IMG/VR virus record: IMGVR_UViG_3300014169_000011
Location: 1-42,867 of that record
Length of the DNA: 42,867 nucleotides
From: a virus
Lineage: Duplodnaviria; Caudoviricetes
Direction: 5' to 3' (one strand)
Part shown: in pieces, positions 34,339 through 42,525 of the stretch
Numbering within the stretch: the first letter of the stretch is position 1
Layout of the letters: every line of letters starts with the position of its first letter
Notes under the pieces: generated by a model
The model's database searches: none
What the model was told of the DNA's origin: nothing
What the model saw: the letters and a program-made list of their open reading frames with translations, nothing else
Program-made: the position numbers and the translations under genes

Positions 34339-36429
34339 CTATTTACGCGGAGCCTGGACAGACCCTGCCCGGGCCATCTGGTCTGGCGCGATCGCGCCTG
34401 CCGGCTTCTGCCCGCCCTTCGGCGCGACGTTCTGGGCGCCGGGCCGCGGGCCTCCGCCGCCCCCGCTCTGCTGCATCTGCGCCTGCTGCTGAACCATCTT
34501 GGCCTGAAGTTGTTGAACGTGCTTCTGGATATGCGTCTGAGCCTTGGAGTGCGTGTCGGCGCCGGCGTCGAGCACATGAAGGTGCGTCTGGATGTGAACG
34601 AGGTCATCGTCGTTCGGACTGATCTCGACATCGAAGCCGTGGATCATCAGCTCGTTCTCGACAAGCGGGTCCGTCGAGATCACCTTCTTTTTCTTGAAGA
34701 CCCTCGGGCCGAGCCGCGGGCCGAAGGCGTTCTCGAAGGCCATGACCAACGCCGGCGCGGCGTCGAGATCGTAGTCGGGGTACATCTGCGGCGGGATAGC
34801 CTTGACGACGTTCAGCAGGCTGATCTGCTGCTGGACTTGCGCAGCAGTGCGCGCCGATTCGACACCGAACCAACGATACTCGTAGCGATTGCCGAGCTGC
34901 ACGGGCTCGACGACCTCCATGTTCGCCTGCAGGCCCATGTCGCCGTAAACGCGGACGGTCATGTCCTCGTCGCGAAACTGCTGATCGTACTCGGCGATTA
35001 TCTGCACCATCGGCGTCAGGATCGATTCCTCGAACGTACCGACGACATCGGACGTGGTGAGGATGTCGACCTGCTGCTCGATGGCGAGCTCGGCCTGGTT
35101 GCGCTTCTTCTGAGCGCCGCCGGTCGACTGCGGGATCATCGACGGGTTGACGCCGAGCGACTGGAAAATCTGATCCTTGACCGCCAGGGCGCGGTTGAGG
35201 GCGTCGGCCCACAAGGCAGGGAAGGTGACGATCTCGGTGCTGGAAGGGCTGACCTCCCAGACGGACGCCAGGCCGAGCACCATCGTGTCGACCCTCGGGT
35301 TCTCCTTCGGATCGGTCATGACGATCGGCATGGCGCTGAAGTGCGCGGTGTCGGCGCCTTCGTTCAGGGTGTCGTTGGCGAAGATCCACAACTTCTCGAC
35401 GGAGCTGACAGGGGCCTTGCCCTTCGAAGCGCCTGTCTTTTTCTTCAGCGGCGCCGACAGCAACGGGCAGCGGTCGTTCCAGAACGGGTTGAGCTTGACG
35501 CCGAGAATTTGCTTCTCGCCGCCCAGGTAGATGCGGCACAGGCGCTTCTGCGCATCCTTGCCGGTTCCGACCTTGAGCTTCTTCCAGACCTCGTAGACCA
35601 CGACGACCTTGCCGCGCTCCTTGATCCCGGCGGCGTCGAGCTGCTCCTTGGCGGTGTCCTTGCCGTCGTTGCCCGACTTCGGGTTGGTCATCCCCTCGAT
35701 AATCTCTTTGCCCTCGGTCTCCCGGATATCCCCGTCGTCGATCAGCTCCTGAATCTTGGCCTTCGACCAGCGGCGCAGGATCGCGGCCGCGCCGCCGTGC
35801 TTGATCGCCGCGGCGGCGTTGCGCGCGGCCTGCGGCAGGATCAACACGTCGGCGTCGGACAGGACCTCAATATCCGGCAGCGAATCGATGACCTCTTCGT
35901 CCTCGATGTCGTCGACTTCTTCGGCCGCCGGGTTGGGGGCGCCGCCCGTGGTCGGCTGCTTCTTCACCTTGCCGGTGACGTGGCGGACGTCCTCGTCCCA
36001 GGACAGATAGACGTTCCACTGGCCCTCGATGTCGCCGTTGCGGAACAGCTCGGGGACGACCTCTGTCCTGAACTTGCACTTGCGGACGTAGGTCTCGATC
36101 AGCGACTGCATCGCCTGCGGCGGGTCTTCGCCCGACGTCGTGACCTCGACGAACCGGCCAGACTGCGGAAACACCTGATTGGTGAAGCGGGTGACGCGGG
36201 CCTCGACGGCGTCCTGGACGAACGGCGTCGCGATCTGGGAGGTACCGTTGTAGAACTGCCGATCCGAGAGCTTGCAGTTGTACATTTCCCAGTTGTCGGC
36301 GATCTCGTCGGAGCGGTCTCGCTGCTCTTCAAAGCCTTTGGCGACATCCTTGAACAGGTCGAAGAGCTTGTCCTCGTCGACCTTGGACGTGATGTCTTCG
36401 GAACGCTTGATCGCCTTAGCCACGGCCAC
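34339..36429 (-). CDS. Portal protein
   Basis: 696 aa after TerL; NPFWNDRCPL, SKGKAPV, Gln-rich C-terminal tail as in P22-like podoviral portals. Confidence 0.85.
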   Translation of the reverse strand: MAVAKAIKRSEDITSKVDEDKLFDLFKDVAKGFEEQRDRSDEIADNWEMYNCKLSDRQFYNGTSQIATPFVQDAVEARVTRFTNQVFPQSGRFVEVTTSGEDPPQAMQSLIETYVRKCKFRTEVVPELFRNGDIEGQWNVYLSWDEDVRHVTGKVKKQPTTGGAPNPAAEEVDDIEDEEVIDSLPDIEVLSDADVLILPQAARNAAAAIKHGGAAAILRRWSKAKIQELIDDGDIRETEGKEIIEGMTNPKSGNDGKDTAKEQLDAAGIKERGKVVVVYEVWKKLKVGTGKDAQKRLCRIYLGGEKQILGVKLNPFWNDRCPLLSAPLKKKTGASKGKAPVSSVEKLWIFANDTLNEGADTAHFSAMPIVMTDPKENPRVDTMVLGLASVWEVSPSSTEIVTFPALWADALNRALAVKDQIFQSLGVNPSMIPQSTGGAQKKRNQAELAIEQQVDILTTSDVVGTFEESILTPMVQIIAEYDQQFRDEDMTVRVYGDMGLQANMEVVEPVQLGNRYEYRWFGVESARTAAQVQQQISLLNVVKAIPPQMYPDYDLDAAPALVMAFENAFGPRLGPRVFKKKKVISTDPLVENELMIHGFDVEISPNDDDLVHIQTHLHVLDAGADTHSKAQTHIQKHVQQLQAKMVQQQAQMQQSGGGGGPRPGAQNVAPKGGQKPAGAIAPDQMARAGSVQAPRK

Positions 36430-38458
36430 CTTTCAGCAGGTCGCCCCAGTCGGCCTTAGTGCCTCGGATGTTCACGTCGCCCGCCACCATCGATCGGAAA
36501 GGCCGGCCCTGCGCCGTCTCCGCATTGAACCTAGCAGAGCCTTGCGCATCTGGCGAACCGTACTCCAGCAGGCCCAGGAAACTCTCCAGGCCTTCGATCA
36601 GAACCCGGTAGACGCCGTCCTCGGCGTAGTCGTCCAGCGCCCCGCCCTTCTTCAAGTTTCGGGCGTAGCCGCCGGCGAGGGCGTTGAGGGTCCATGTGGC
36701 CTTGTCTGAAACCTGAAGAGCGGCTGCACCGCGAATGTCGCGCTGTAGGAGCGACCGGACGTAAGGTCGACCACGGTCGGGGGCGGCAGACTGGCGAAGG
36801 TCGGTCGGAACTCGAGACAGAGCCTGTCGAAGTCCGACGTTGTTATAGTGGTCGAAGTGGAGGGGTCCGCCGGTTGGTCGCACATCGCCTGTCGCTCCGA
36901 CCTCTAGCTTCGCCCAATCGAGGATGTCTCGACAGGCTGTTGCGACTTCGCCTTCGCGGACTGCATCGCCAAGGATGCGGACCTGGCCGTCGAACGCTTG
37001 ACAAAGGACTCCTGTAACGCAGCCCCGGGTAGCGTTGAGGCAGAGCCAAACAGGCCGGCCTTGGGCGAACGCGAGGTCCTCGGCAACATGTCTTCCTCCG
37101 AACTCGTCGTACATCGGCGCCCCAGGGCGCATCTTCAGAGCATAGGCCAGGGCGTTCGGGGCGTCGATGTCGCCTGTCGGGAAGCCGAGAAGCTGGCCCT
37201 TCAGGTCAGGCAACGGCTTAGCGAACTCGACTTCCCGCGCCACGAAGAACGGCTGCAGGCCGCCGATGAAGGAGAGCTTGGAGTTCGGCGCCTTCATCGC
37301 CTTCAGCGGGATCGTCACGCCGCGCTTGACCATCTCCTGACGGATCGACTGCAAGGCCCACTGGTTGAGGCCGTCTTCCTCGAAGCCCTCGTAGACCGGG
37401 TGGTAGTTCTCCCAGATCCAGAACAGGTCGTCGATGATCGCGTCAGGCATCCAGCGCCGGGCGATCGCATCCCAGATGATCAGCTTCGCCCCGATCCAGG
37501 ACCAGATCACCCGGCCGGTGGTGGCTGCCTTCGAGGTCGTCGTGCGCGCCGGGTCGGTCATCGAGTAGACGGCTTCCCAGGTTCGGATGCGCGGCTGCAC
37601 GAAGATCATCTCGGCCTTGAAGAGCTTGCTCTCCGGGGTCTCGGCCTCGCACATGTATTCCTGATTGAACTCGTCGATCTGGCCGCGCGCCCGGTAGCCG
37701 TCCTCGAGCTTGACGATGTCTTCGATGCTGCGCCGCGCCGGCCAGGCGCTTTGCTTCTCGCCCTCGTCGTCCAGGTAGTAGAGCGGGAACTTGTGAACGA
37801 CCCAATCAGGATCGCGCTGCAGCCGGGCGGGGACGCTCTCGGGGTGCATCAGGGTGGCCGCCATCCGCACCCGCTTGATCCGGCTGTCGCCGGCGGGGAG
37901 CAGGTCGGACGTGAACCACTTCATGTTCTTGGCGCGGGCCTCAGGCGTGGCGACGTCGGCCTGCTCGCCTTCCATGTCGTCGATGAAGATAAGATCGGGC
38001 CGCTGGTCCTCGAACTTGGTGCCGCGCAGAGACTGGCCGCGGCCGCGGGCGACGATCCGGGTTCCGTTGTTGAAGACGAGCTCGGCGTCGGACTCGACGG
38101 GCATGCCGGCGTCGCGGAGGAAGAGACGGTGGAGGTCTTCGTTCGTCAGCGCCTCGTGCCGGATCGCGTGAAGCCGCTCCTGGGCCAAGGGGCCGTTGCT
38201 CGAAATGATCAGGCAGTTCTTGTACTCGCGGAAGAGAGCCATCAGCAGGATGGCTTCCTCCGCCAGCGTCGACTTCGCCCCTTCCCGGAACACGAGGTCC
38301 AGCAGGTAGGGGATCGACGAATGGAAGTCGGTGATCATCTGCGGGTGGAACGGCGCCTCGCCCTGCGGATGCCGGTGAGCGAAGAGCACACGATGGGCCA
38401 GAGGCCGATCCGCCAGGTAGGTGCGGACGAGCTGCTGGCGCGGCGACAGGTCGGGCAT
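36416..38458 (-). CDS. terL: Terminase large subunit with a long C-terminal extension
   Basis: FREGAKST (Walker A variant), GQSLRG, RPDLIFIDDME (Walker B), FNQEYMCE, nuclease region TDPA / GFEE / DAPNALAYA. Confidence 0.9.
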   Translation of the reverse strand: MPDLSPRQQLVRTYLADRPLAHRVLFAHRHPQGEAPFHPQMITDFHSSIPYLLDLVFREGAKSTLAEEAILLMALFREYKNCLIISSNGPLAQERLHAIRHEALTNEDLHRLFLRDAGMPVESDAELVFNNGTRIVARGRGQSLRGTKFEDQRPDLIFIDDMEGEQADVATPEARAKNMKWFTSDLLPAGDSRIKRVRMAATLMHPESVPARLQRDPDWVVHKFPLYYLDDEGEKQSAWPARRSIEDIVKLEDGYRARGQIDEFNQEYMCEAETPESKLFKAEMIFVQPRIRTWEAVYSMTDPARTTTSKAATTGRVIWSWIGAKLIIWDAIARRWMPDAIIDDLFWIWENYHPVYEGFEEDGLNQWALQSIRQEMVKRGVTIPLKAMKAPNSKLSFIGGLQPFFVAREVEFAKPLPDLKGQLLGFPTGDIDAPNALAYALKMRPGAPMYDEFGGRHVAEDLAFAQGRPVWLCLNATRGCVTGVLCQAFDGQVRILGDAVREGEVATACRDILDWAKLEVGATGDVRPTGGPLHFDHYNNVGLRQALSRVPTDLRQSAAPDRGRPYVRSLLQRDIRGAAALQVSDKATWTLNALAGGYARNLKKGGALDDYAEDGVYRVLIEGLESFLGLLEYGSPDAQGSARFNAETAQGRPFRSMVAGDVNIRGTKADWGDLLKGGRG

Positions 38459-38586
38459 CAGCCCTTCCGCCAGTGGCCCTGAGCGCTATGCTTCGTGAAC
38501 CCGAAGCGGAGACACCGACCACCGGGGCCTTCAACGAAGGGGTGCGGCGTAGATGGCGGGAGTTGAGTGGTGTGCGGCGAAGACAT
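38458..38586 (-). CDS. Small hypothetical protein (42 aa)
   Basis: TGATG-coupled to both the KTSC stop and the TerL start. Confidence 0.45.
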   Translation of the reverse strand: MSSPHTTQLPPSTPHPFVEGPGGRCLRFGFTKHSAQGHWRKG

Positions 38587-38831
38587 CAGACCTGCTCGTA
38601 GCTATACCGGCCTTTGATGTGCCGGGCGAAGAACTCGCCCTTGGACCCGGCCGCCTGGAAGGCCCGATGGGTCGTCGGCGGGACGTTGTAGTACTCGTAG
38701 GTGTCCCCTGAGTTGAAGTCGACCTGCAGGGTGTCGGTGCTTTTGTCGTAGCGGAACTCGGAGATGTTCGACGAGACGAACCCCGATGTGTGCTCCCAGG
38801 GATCGACTGGCGGCTTGGCGTCATCTGCCAT
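38586..38831 (-). CDS. KTSC domain protein
   Basis: VSSNI....YD.....L.V.F.SG..YEY..VP........A.SKG.FF...IKG.Y. Confidence 0.9.
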   Translation of the reverse strand: MADDAKPPVDPWEHTSGFVSSNISEFRYDKSTDTLQVDFNSGDTYEYYNVPPTTHRAFQAAGSKGEFFARHIKGRYSYEQV

Positions 38832-38840
38832 GGCGCCGTC

Positions 38841-39020
38841 TCACTCGGGCGTTGTGGCAAGCGCAGTCGGGATCGGTGTCGTCTTCGCCTTCATCGCCGC
38901 ATCCCATCCCAGCCTCCAGATGTTGCTCGTGTACGGGTCGGGCTCTCCCAGGTGGTTCTCCTGGAAGTAGGTGCCGCAGGCCTCTTCGGACTCGGCCGAT
39001 CGTTCGGGCATGACGGGCAT
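38841..39020 (-). CDS. Small protein with an Rmf-like PY..W..GW motif (59 aa)
   Basis: Manual translation: MPVMPERSAESEEACGTYFQENHLGEPDPYTSNIWRLGWDAAMKAK...; GAGG RBS. Confidence 0.5.
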   Translation of the reverse strand: MPVMPERSAESEEACGTYFQENHLGEPDPYTSNIWRLGWDAAMKAKTTPIPTALATTPE

Positions 39021-39161
39021 CTACTTCGCCTCGCCGCCGTCCCGGATGCGGGCCTCGCAGGTCCACACCAGATCCCAGAAGTGATCGTCGGGCACGTTGG
39101 TCTTCTCAGCCATTTCCGTCGCGAGCTCGACAGCTTTGGCCCGGATTTCCTGGTCGGTCAC
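39021..39161 (-). CDS. Small hypothetical protein (46 aa)
   Basis: Manual translation MTDQEIRAKAVELATEMAEK...; GGAG RBS and GTGA overlap. Confidence 0.55.
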   Translation of the reverse strand: MTDQEIRAKAVELATEMAEKTNVPDDHFWDLVWTCEARIRDGGEAK

Positions 39162-39376
39162 TTGCCTGCTCCGCACAGCTTCGTCCAACCGTCGTCATAC
39201 GCCTTGACCTGTTTGATCGTGGCGGCCGTGTCGTGCAGCCGGTCGAAGGTGATCGGCGAGAACTCCAGGCACGCCAGGTCGGCGACCGACGCCTTAGTCA
39301 CGGGAGAAGGGGGAGGGGTCGCGCACGCTCGCAGGGTCAGCAATAGAATGACCCAGAGAAGCGCGCTCAGCAGCAC
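39158..39376 (-). CDS. o-spanin (Rz1-like) lipoprotein (alternative start at 39472)
   Basis: Hydrophobic stretch, LRAC lipobox-like site, Pro-rich linker, DT..TI.QV.AY......C; overlaps the i-spanin gene in another frame. Confidence 0.7.
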   Translation of the reverse strand: MLLSALLWVILLLTLRACATPPPSPVTKASVADLACLEFSPITFDRLHDTAATIKQVKAYDDGWTKLCGAGK

Positions 39377-39557
39377 CGACCCCGGCCACGGCCACAGTCG
39401 CAGCGTTCGCCTGGGCAGTCTGGGCGTTGGCGTCGACCACGGCCTGCTGGGACTGCCCGAGCTTCTGTTCATCGATCCTGGCCTGCTGCGCCTCGGCCCA
39501 GTTGGCGAGCGCGCCAAACAGAGGACCGAGGACAACACTGACGATCCACGACCACAC
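39294..39557 (-). CDS. i-spanin (Rz-like)
   Basis: N-terminal hydrophobic anchor, then a Gln/Ala helical region ending DPSPFSRD. Confidence 0.6.
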   Translation of the reverse strand: MWSWIVSVVLGPLFGALANWAEAQQARIDEQKLGQSQQAVVDANAQTAQANAATVAVAGVGAAERASLGHSIADPASVRDPSPFSRD

Positions 39558-39558
39558 G

Positions 39559-39900
39559 TCAGAGCGGCGCGGTGGTCGTTCCGACAGCCGCCTGCAGATC
39601 GGCGATCAGCTTTGTGACCGTGCCCTGCAGAGTCGTCAGCGAGGTCGCCGCGGCGGTATCCGTGCCCCCGCCGGACGCTTCGGCCGCGGCGATGGCGGCC
39701 GTGATGGCGCCGGGCGCCTGTTCGTCGAGGGTGACGAGCGAAGCGTTGACCGCGTCGATCCCGTCCGAAAGAACTGACATGAGCTGTCTCCGTTGATGCT
39801 CGTGTGGTGAAGCCTCTAGGGCCACCAGCCATTGTTGCACTTTGCCGGTCTCGATGCGAGCCCGCTTGATCCGCTCGAGGATGTCCTCGACTGTCGCCAC
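39559..39900 (-). CDS. Hypothetical helical protein with a probable internal start at 39780
   Basis: Open from GTG 39900; GGAG-N7-ATG at 39780 is in frame. Confidence 0.55.
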   Translation of the reverse strand: MATVEDILERIKRARIETGKVQQWLVALEASPHEHQRRQLMSVLSDGIDAVNASLVTLDEQAPGAITAAIAAAEASGGGTDTAAATSLTTLQGTVTKLIADLQAAVGTTTAPL

Positions 39901-39902
39901 GA

Positions 39903-40250
39903 TCAGGCCTTGGCCGCCGCTTCCTTCGCCAGGCCGATAAGCGCCTGCAGGACGTTCGAGCCCAGCGACTGCGCATCCTTCACCAGCGTCGATCCGAGCG
40001 TCTCGAGGTTCTCGATGAACGCCTGCTCAATGTCGTCCAGCCCGCCGTTCTGCACGTCGGCGCCGGCGGTCCCGAGGAACGTCGTCACGGCCGCCAGCAC
40101 CCCGGAGACCAGGGTGGGCTCGAACGCCACGAAGATCGGCTTGGCGACGCCCCAGATGGCGCTGAGCGCCGTGTCCGTCTCGCCCTCGACCCAGGTGACG
40201 GCCTCGCCGACATCGGCTTCAACCGTCTTGATGAACGTCTGCAGGCTCAT
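39903..40250 (-). CDS. Hypothetical protein, possibly membrane-associated
   Basis: ATGA-coupled; central hydrophobic segment. Confidence 0.65.
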   Translation of the reverse strand: MSLQTFIKTVEADVGEAVTWVEGETDTALSAIWGVAKPIFVAFEPTLVSGVLAAVTTFLGTAGADVQNGGLDDIEQAFIENLETLGSTLVKDAQSLGSNVLQALIGLAKEAAAKA

Positions 40251-40525
40251 GACGCGGCTTTCGTTACGGCCACGGCCGACACCACCTGTGCGGCCGCATC
40301 CTTCTGGTGGAGCTTCTTCTCAAGGATCGACCAGCCGAGCGACAGGGCGCTCAAGGCGATCGCGATGCCGACCTGGACGAACTGCGAGGTCTGGTCCTGG
40401 GGCAGCAGACTATGCGCGGCCAGGACGCCGGCGGCGGCCGTCAGACCCTGACGGGCCAGGGACGTCGCCGTGGTGACGATGAAAGAGGGCGGCTGGTAGA
40501 CGGGGTCGGGGCTGACGTTGGTCAA
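40247..40525 (-). CDS. Putative holin
   Basis: 92 aa, two hydrophobic helices, SLARQGLTAAAGVL and WS..EKK pattern of small phage holins. Confidence 0.6.
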   Translation of the reverse strand: MTNVSPDPVYQPPSFIVTTATSLARQGLTAAAGVLAAHSLLPQDQTSQFVQVGIAIALSALSLGWSILEKKLHQKDAAAQVVSAVAVTKAAS

Positions 40526-40977
40526 GCGACGGCTTCGGCCGGCTCGCGCGCTGCCATCGGCTGCGGCGCGAACAGGTTGGGCTTCGGGTTCACGGGCGCG
40601 GGATCTTCGATTGCCATCCGAACACCCTCGGGCTCATCGGCCAGGGATGCATCCGCCGCGGCGTTGCGCTCGGCCAGGACTTCGTCGGTGGTCATGCCGC
40701 GACGATCGGCTTCCCGCTGTACGCCCACCATGTCGAGGCTCTCGCCGGTGGCCGGGACGTCTTCTACGTCAGGCCCGAGAGCGGCCGCCAGGCCATGCCG
40801 GATAGCGGTGATCGCTCCAGCCAGTTGGTGCTCTGTAACCGCACCAATCCCGGAGAGGCGCGACAGGAACGGCTGCATCGCCGCATCGAAGCGGCCGACA
40901 GCCCTCACGTGCGGGGGGATATCGGCGGCAGGTTCCACCACAGCCTGGTCAGCTTGGGAGAGGACGTCGTCGGCCAT
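40522..40977 (-). CDS. Hypothetical protein, first gene of the late arm
   Basis: 151 aa, acidic; downstream of a candidate leftward promoter. Confidence 0.65.
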   Translation of the reverse strand: MADDVLSQADQAVVEPAADIPPHVRAVGRFDAAMQPFLSRLSGIGAVTEHQLAGAITAIRHGLAAALGPDVEDVPATGESLDMVGVQREADRRGMTTDEVLAERNAAADASLADEPEGVRMAIEDPAPVNPKPNLFAPQPMAAREPAEAVA

Positions 40978-41019
40978 GGTGGTTCCCGGCAGCTCAGTGG
41001 CAGTGGACTAAGCCGTCGG

Positions 41020-41048
41020 ATTGAAGACGCTGGGGGCCGTCAGGTCAA
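41020..41048 (-). promoter_or_regulatory. Putative leftward (late arm) promoter
   Basis: Minus strand TTGACC-N17-TTCAAT upstream of ATG 40977. Confidence 0.5.
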
Positions 41049-41412
41049 GAGGGTTTTATCGGGAACGGCTAAGCGTTTGTAATCTGTGTATAATTTTTCG
41101 GTTAGAGGTCAATTTCGCGCCGACCCTCCCTCGCTGCCCCGGCTCCCCCGAGTTACGTGAAAGCCTATAGATGTCATAGGGTTAGGGCTCGAGCGGGGCG
41201 CTGAGCTCTGTAGGCGTGTCCGATATGTTGGACAGAGCGCCAGTTGGGTGGACAATGTGATCAGGGATTACATGACATCCGGCGCAACGCCTGCACGCCG
41301 GAAACTCTTACCGCCTAAGATACCGACACTCGATACGTAAGAGCCTGCTAGCCGTCAAACCGCTACGGCCATAGCCTCACCCGCGCGCTCTTATCTCTCT
41401 TAAACTATATCT

Positions 41413-41516
41413 CCGCCCTTCTGCGCCCTGACTCACCGCGTCCCCGCTGCCGCGCTCCCTCCTACAAGGGAGGGCGCGGCGACGGGGACAGGGTGAGTCG
41501 AGGCGCAGAGAGGCGG
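41413..41516. repeat. Long imperfect inverted repeat (~50-bp arms) in the divergent control region
   Basis: The arms pair in blocks of 5, 8, 8, 7 and 6-7 bp separated by 2-nt mismatches; loop TACAAG. Confidence 0.9.
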
Positions 41517-41547
41517 TACTGAAGTCTATTACATTCTACCGCTCAGC

Positions 41548-41575
41548 TTGACACAACACACACAATGGCCGTAAT
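41548..41575 (+). promoter_or_regulatory. Putative early promoter 1
   Basis: TTGACA-N16-CGTAAT upstream of ATG 41615. Confidence 0.55.
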
Positions 41576-41614
41576 CCGCACGTTGAATTGCTGATAGCAA
41601 AGAGGTTGAAGATT

Positions 41615-41968
41615 ATGTTCATGAACGTGTCGGCCTTCAAGGCGCTGACCTGGCGCAAGCAGAACGCGGCGCTAGAGCCGTATGTCCAAGCGATCCGGCG
41701 AACGATGAAAGAGCCGTGGCCGACAAGGCGGCTCATGCTGCAGCTAGCGAACGATCTAGGCTGGCTGGACGAGGACTACGAATATCTGCCGCGGGCAGTC
41801 GCGGCAATCGGCGCCGTGCTGCGGCGCTACACGCTGCATCCGCCGTATCCGGGCATGGTGATACAGAACGGGGAGACGTTCGAGGCGTACGGCCGGGAGA
41901 TGGTCCGCTATATGTGGCAACCAGAACAACGGGACGATAAGGCGATCATCGACGACGTTTTTAGTTGA
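41615..41968 (+). CDS. Hypothetical protein, first gene of the early arm
   Basis: AGAGG RBS, ATG 41615; ends IIDDVFS. Confidence 0.65.
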   Translation: MFMNVSAFKALTWRKQNAALEPYVQAIRRTMKEPWPTRRLMLQLANDLGWLDEDYEYLPRAVAAIGAVLRRYTLHPPYPGMVIQNGETFEAYGREMVRYMWQPEQRDDKAIIDDVFS

Positions 41969-41992
41969 CACGTTAGCAGCTTGTGCTAATGA
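41965..41992 (+). promoter_or_regulatory. Putative early promoter 2 with an embedded palindrome
   Basis: TTGACA (41965-41970) then GCTAAT; TTAGCA-N5-TGCTAA inverted repeat at 41973-41989. Confidence 0.55.
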
Positions 41993-42027
41993 GGGTTATC
42001 GGGCGATTGCGCCCTGGGAGAAACGAT

Positions 42028-42225
42028 ATGGCTAAGCCTAACCGTTGGGCGGTGATCGAGTACGCGGGATATGAGGGTGAATGTGTTGTCGCCTCGGACT
42101 TCTCGCACTGGCAGTTCGCTCAAGAGTACGTCAACAACCATTATGACCGCGACGAGCAGGAAGACATGCGCGTCGACATCGCGTTTTGGGACGCGGAGCA
42201 AGAATGCTGGAGCTACGACCACTAA
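42028..42225 (+). CDS. Small acidic early protein (65 aa)
   Basis: GGGAGA RBS, ATG 42028; MAKPNRWAVIEYAGYEGE... Confidence 0.65.
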   Translation: MAKPNRWAVIEYAGYEGECVVASDFSHWQFAQEYVNNHYDRDEQEDMRVDIAFWDAEQECWSYDH

Positions 42226-42440
42226 TGGCGTCGCCCCTCAACATCGCCCCCGGCTACGTCGCCCGGACGCCAGACGCCTTCACCGCGGCCTGTCCGCTGT
42301 ACCGGCGAGCCCTCGAGCGCGGCGGGCCTACCCCCGGCCTTCAAGTCGGGCGCCGCCGCTCCCAGCCGATCCTGAGGCTCTGCAGCGTGATCGCTGCAGC
42401 GGCTTGGGCCTTGTCGACTTGGTTCATGCTGACGCACTGA
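42225..42440 (+). CDS. Small early protein with a C-terminal TM segment
   Basis: TAATG coupling; ends ILRLCSVIAAAAWALSTWFMLTH. Confidence 0.5.
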   Translation: MASPLNIAPGYVARTPDAFTAACPLYRRALERGGPTPGLQVGRRRSQPILRLCSVIAAAAWALSTWFMLTH

Positions 42441-42525
42441 CGCCAGCAACATCGCGCTGAACGCGCCCAAGCCCGGAGGCGGAGACGCTGGCCGGGCTGA
42501 AGGCGTGCAACATGGGAGAACGACT

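Noticed and set aside
34510-36459. Long + strand ORFs antisense to portal, capsid (32293-33834) and terminase (36998-38482)
   Set aside because: These are shadow ORFs expected from high-GC codon bias; they have no motifs or RBS, and the opposite strand has clear phage genes.
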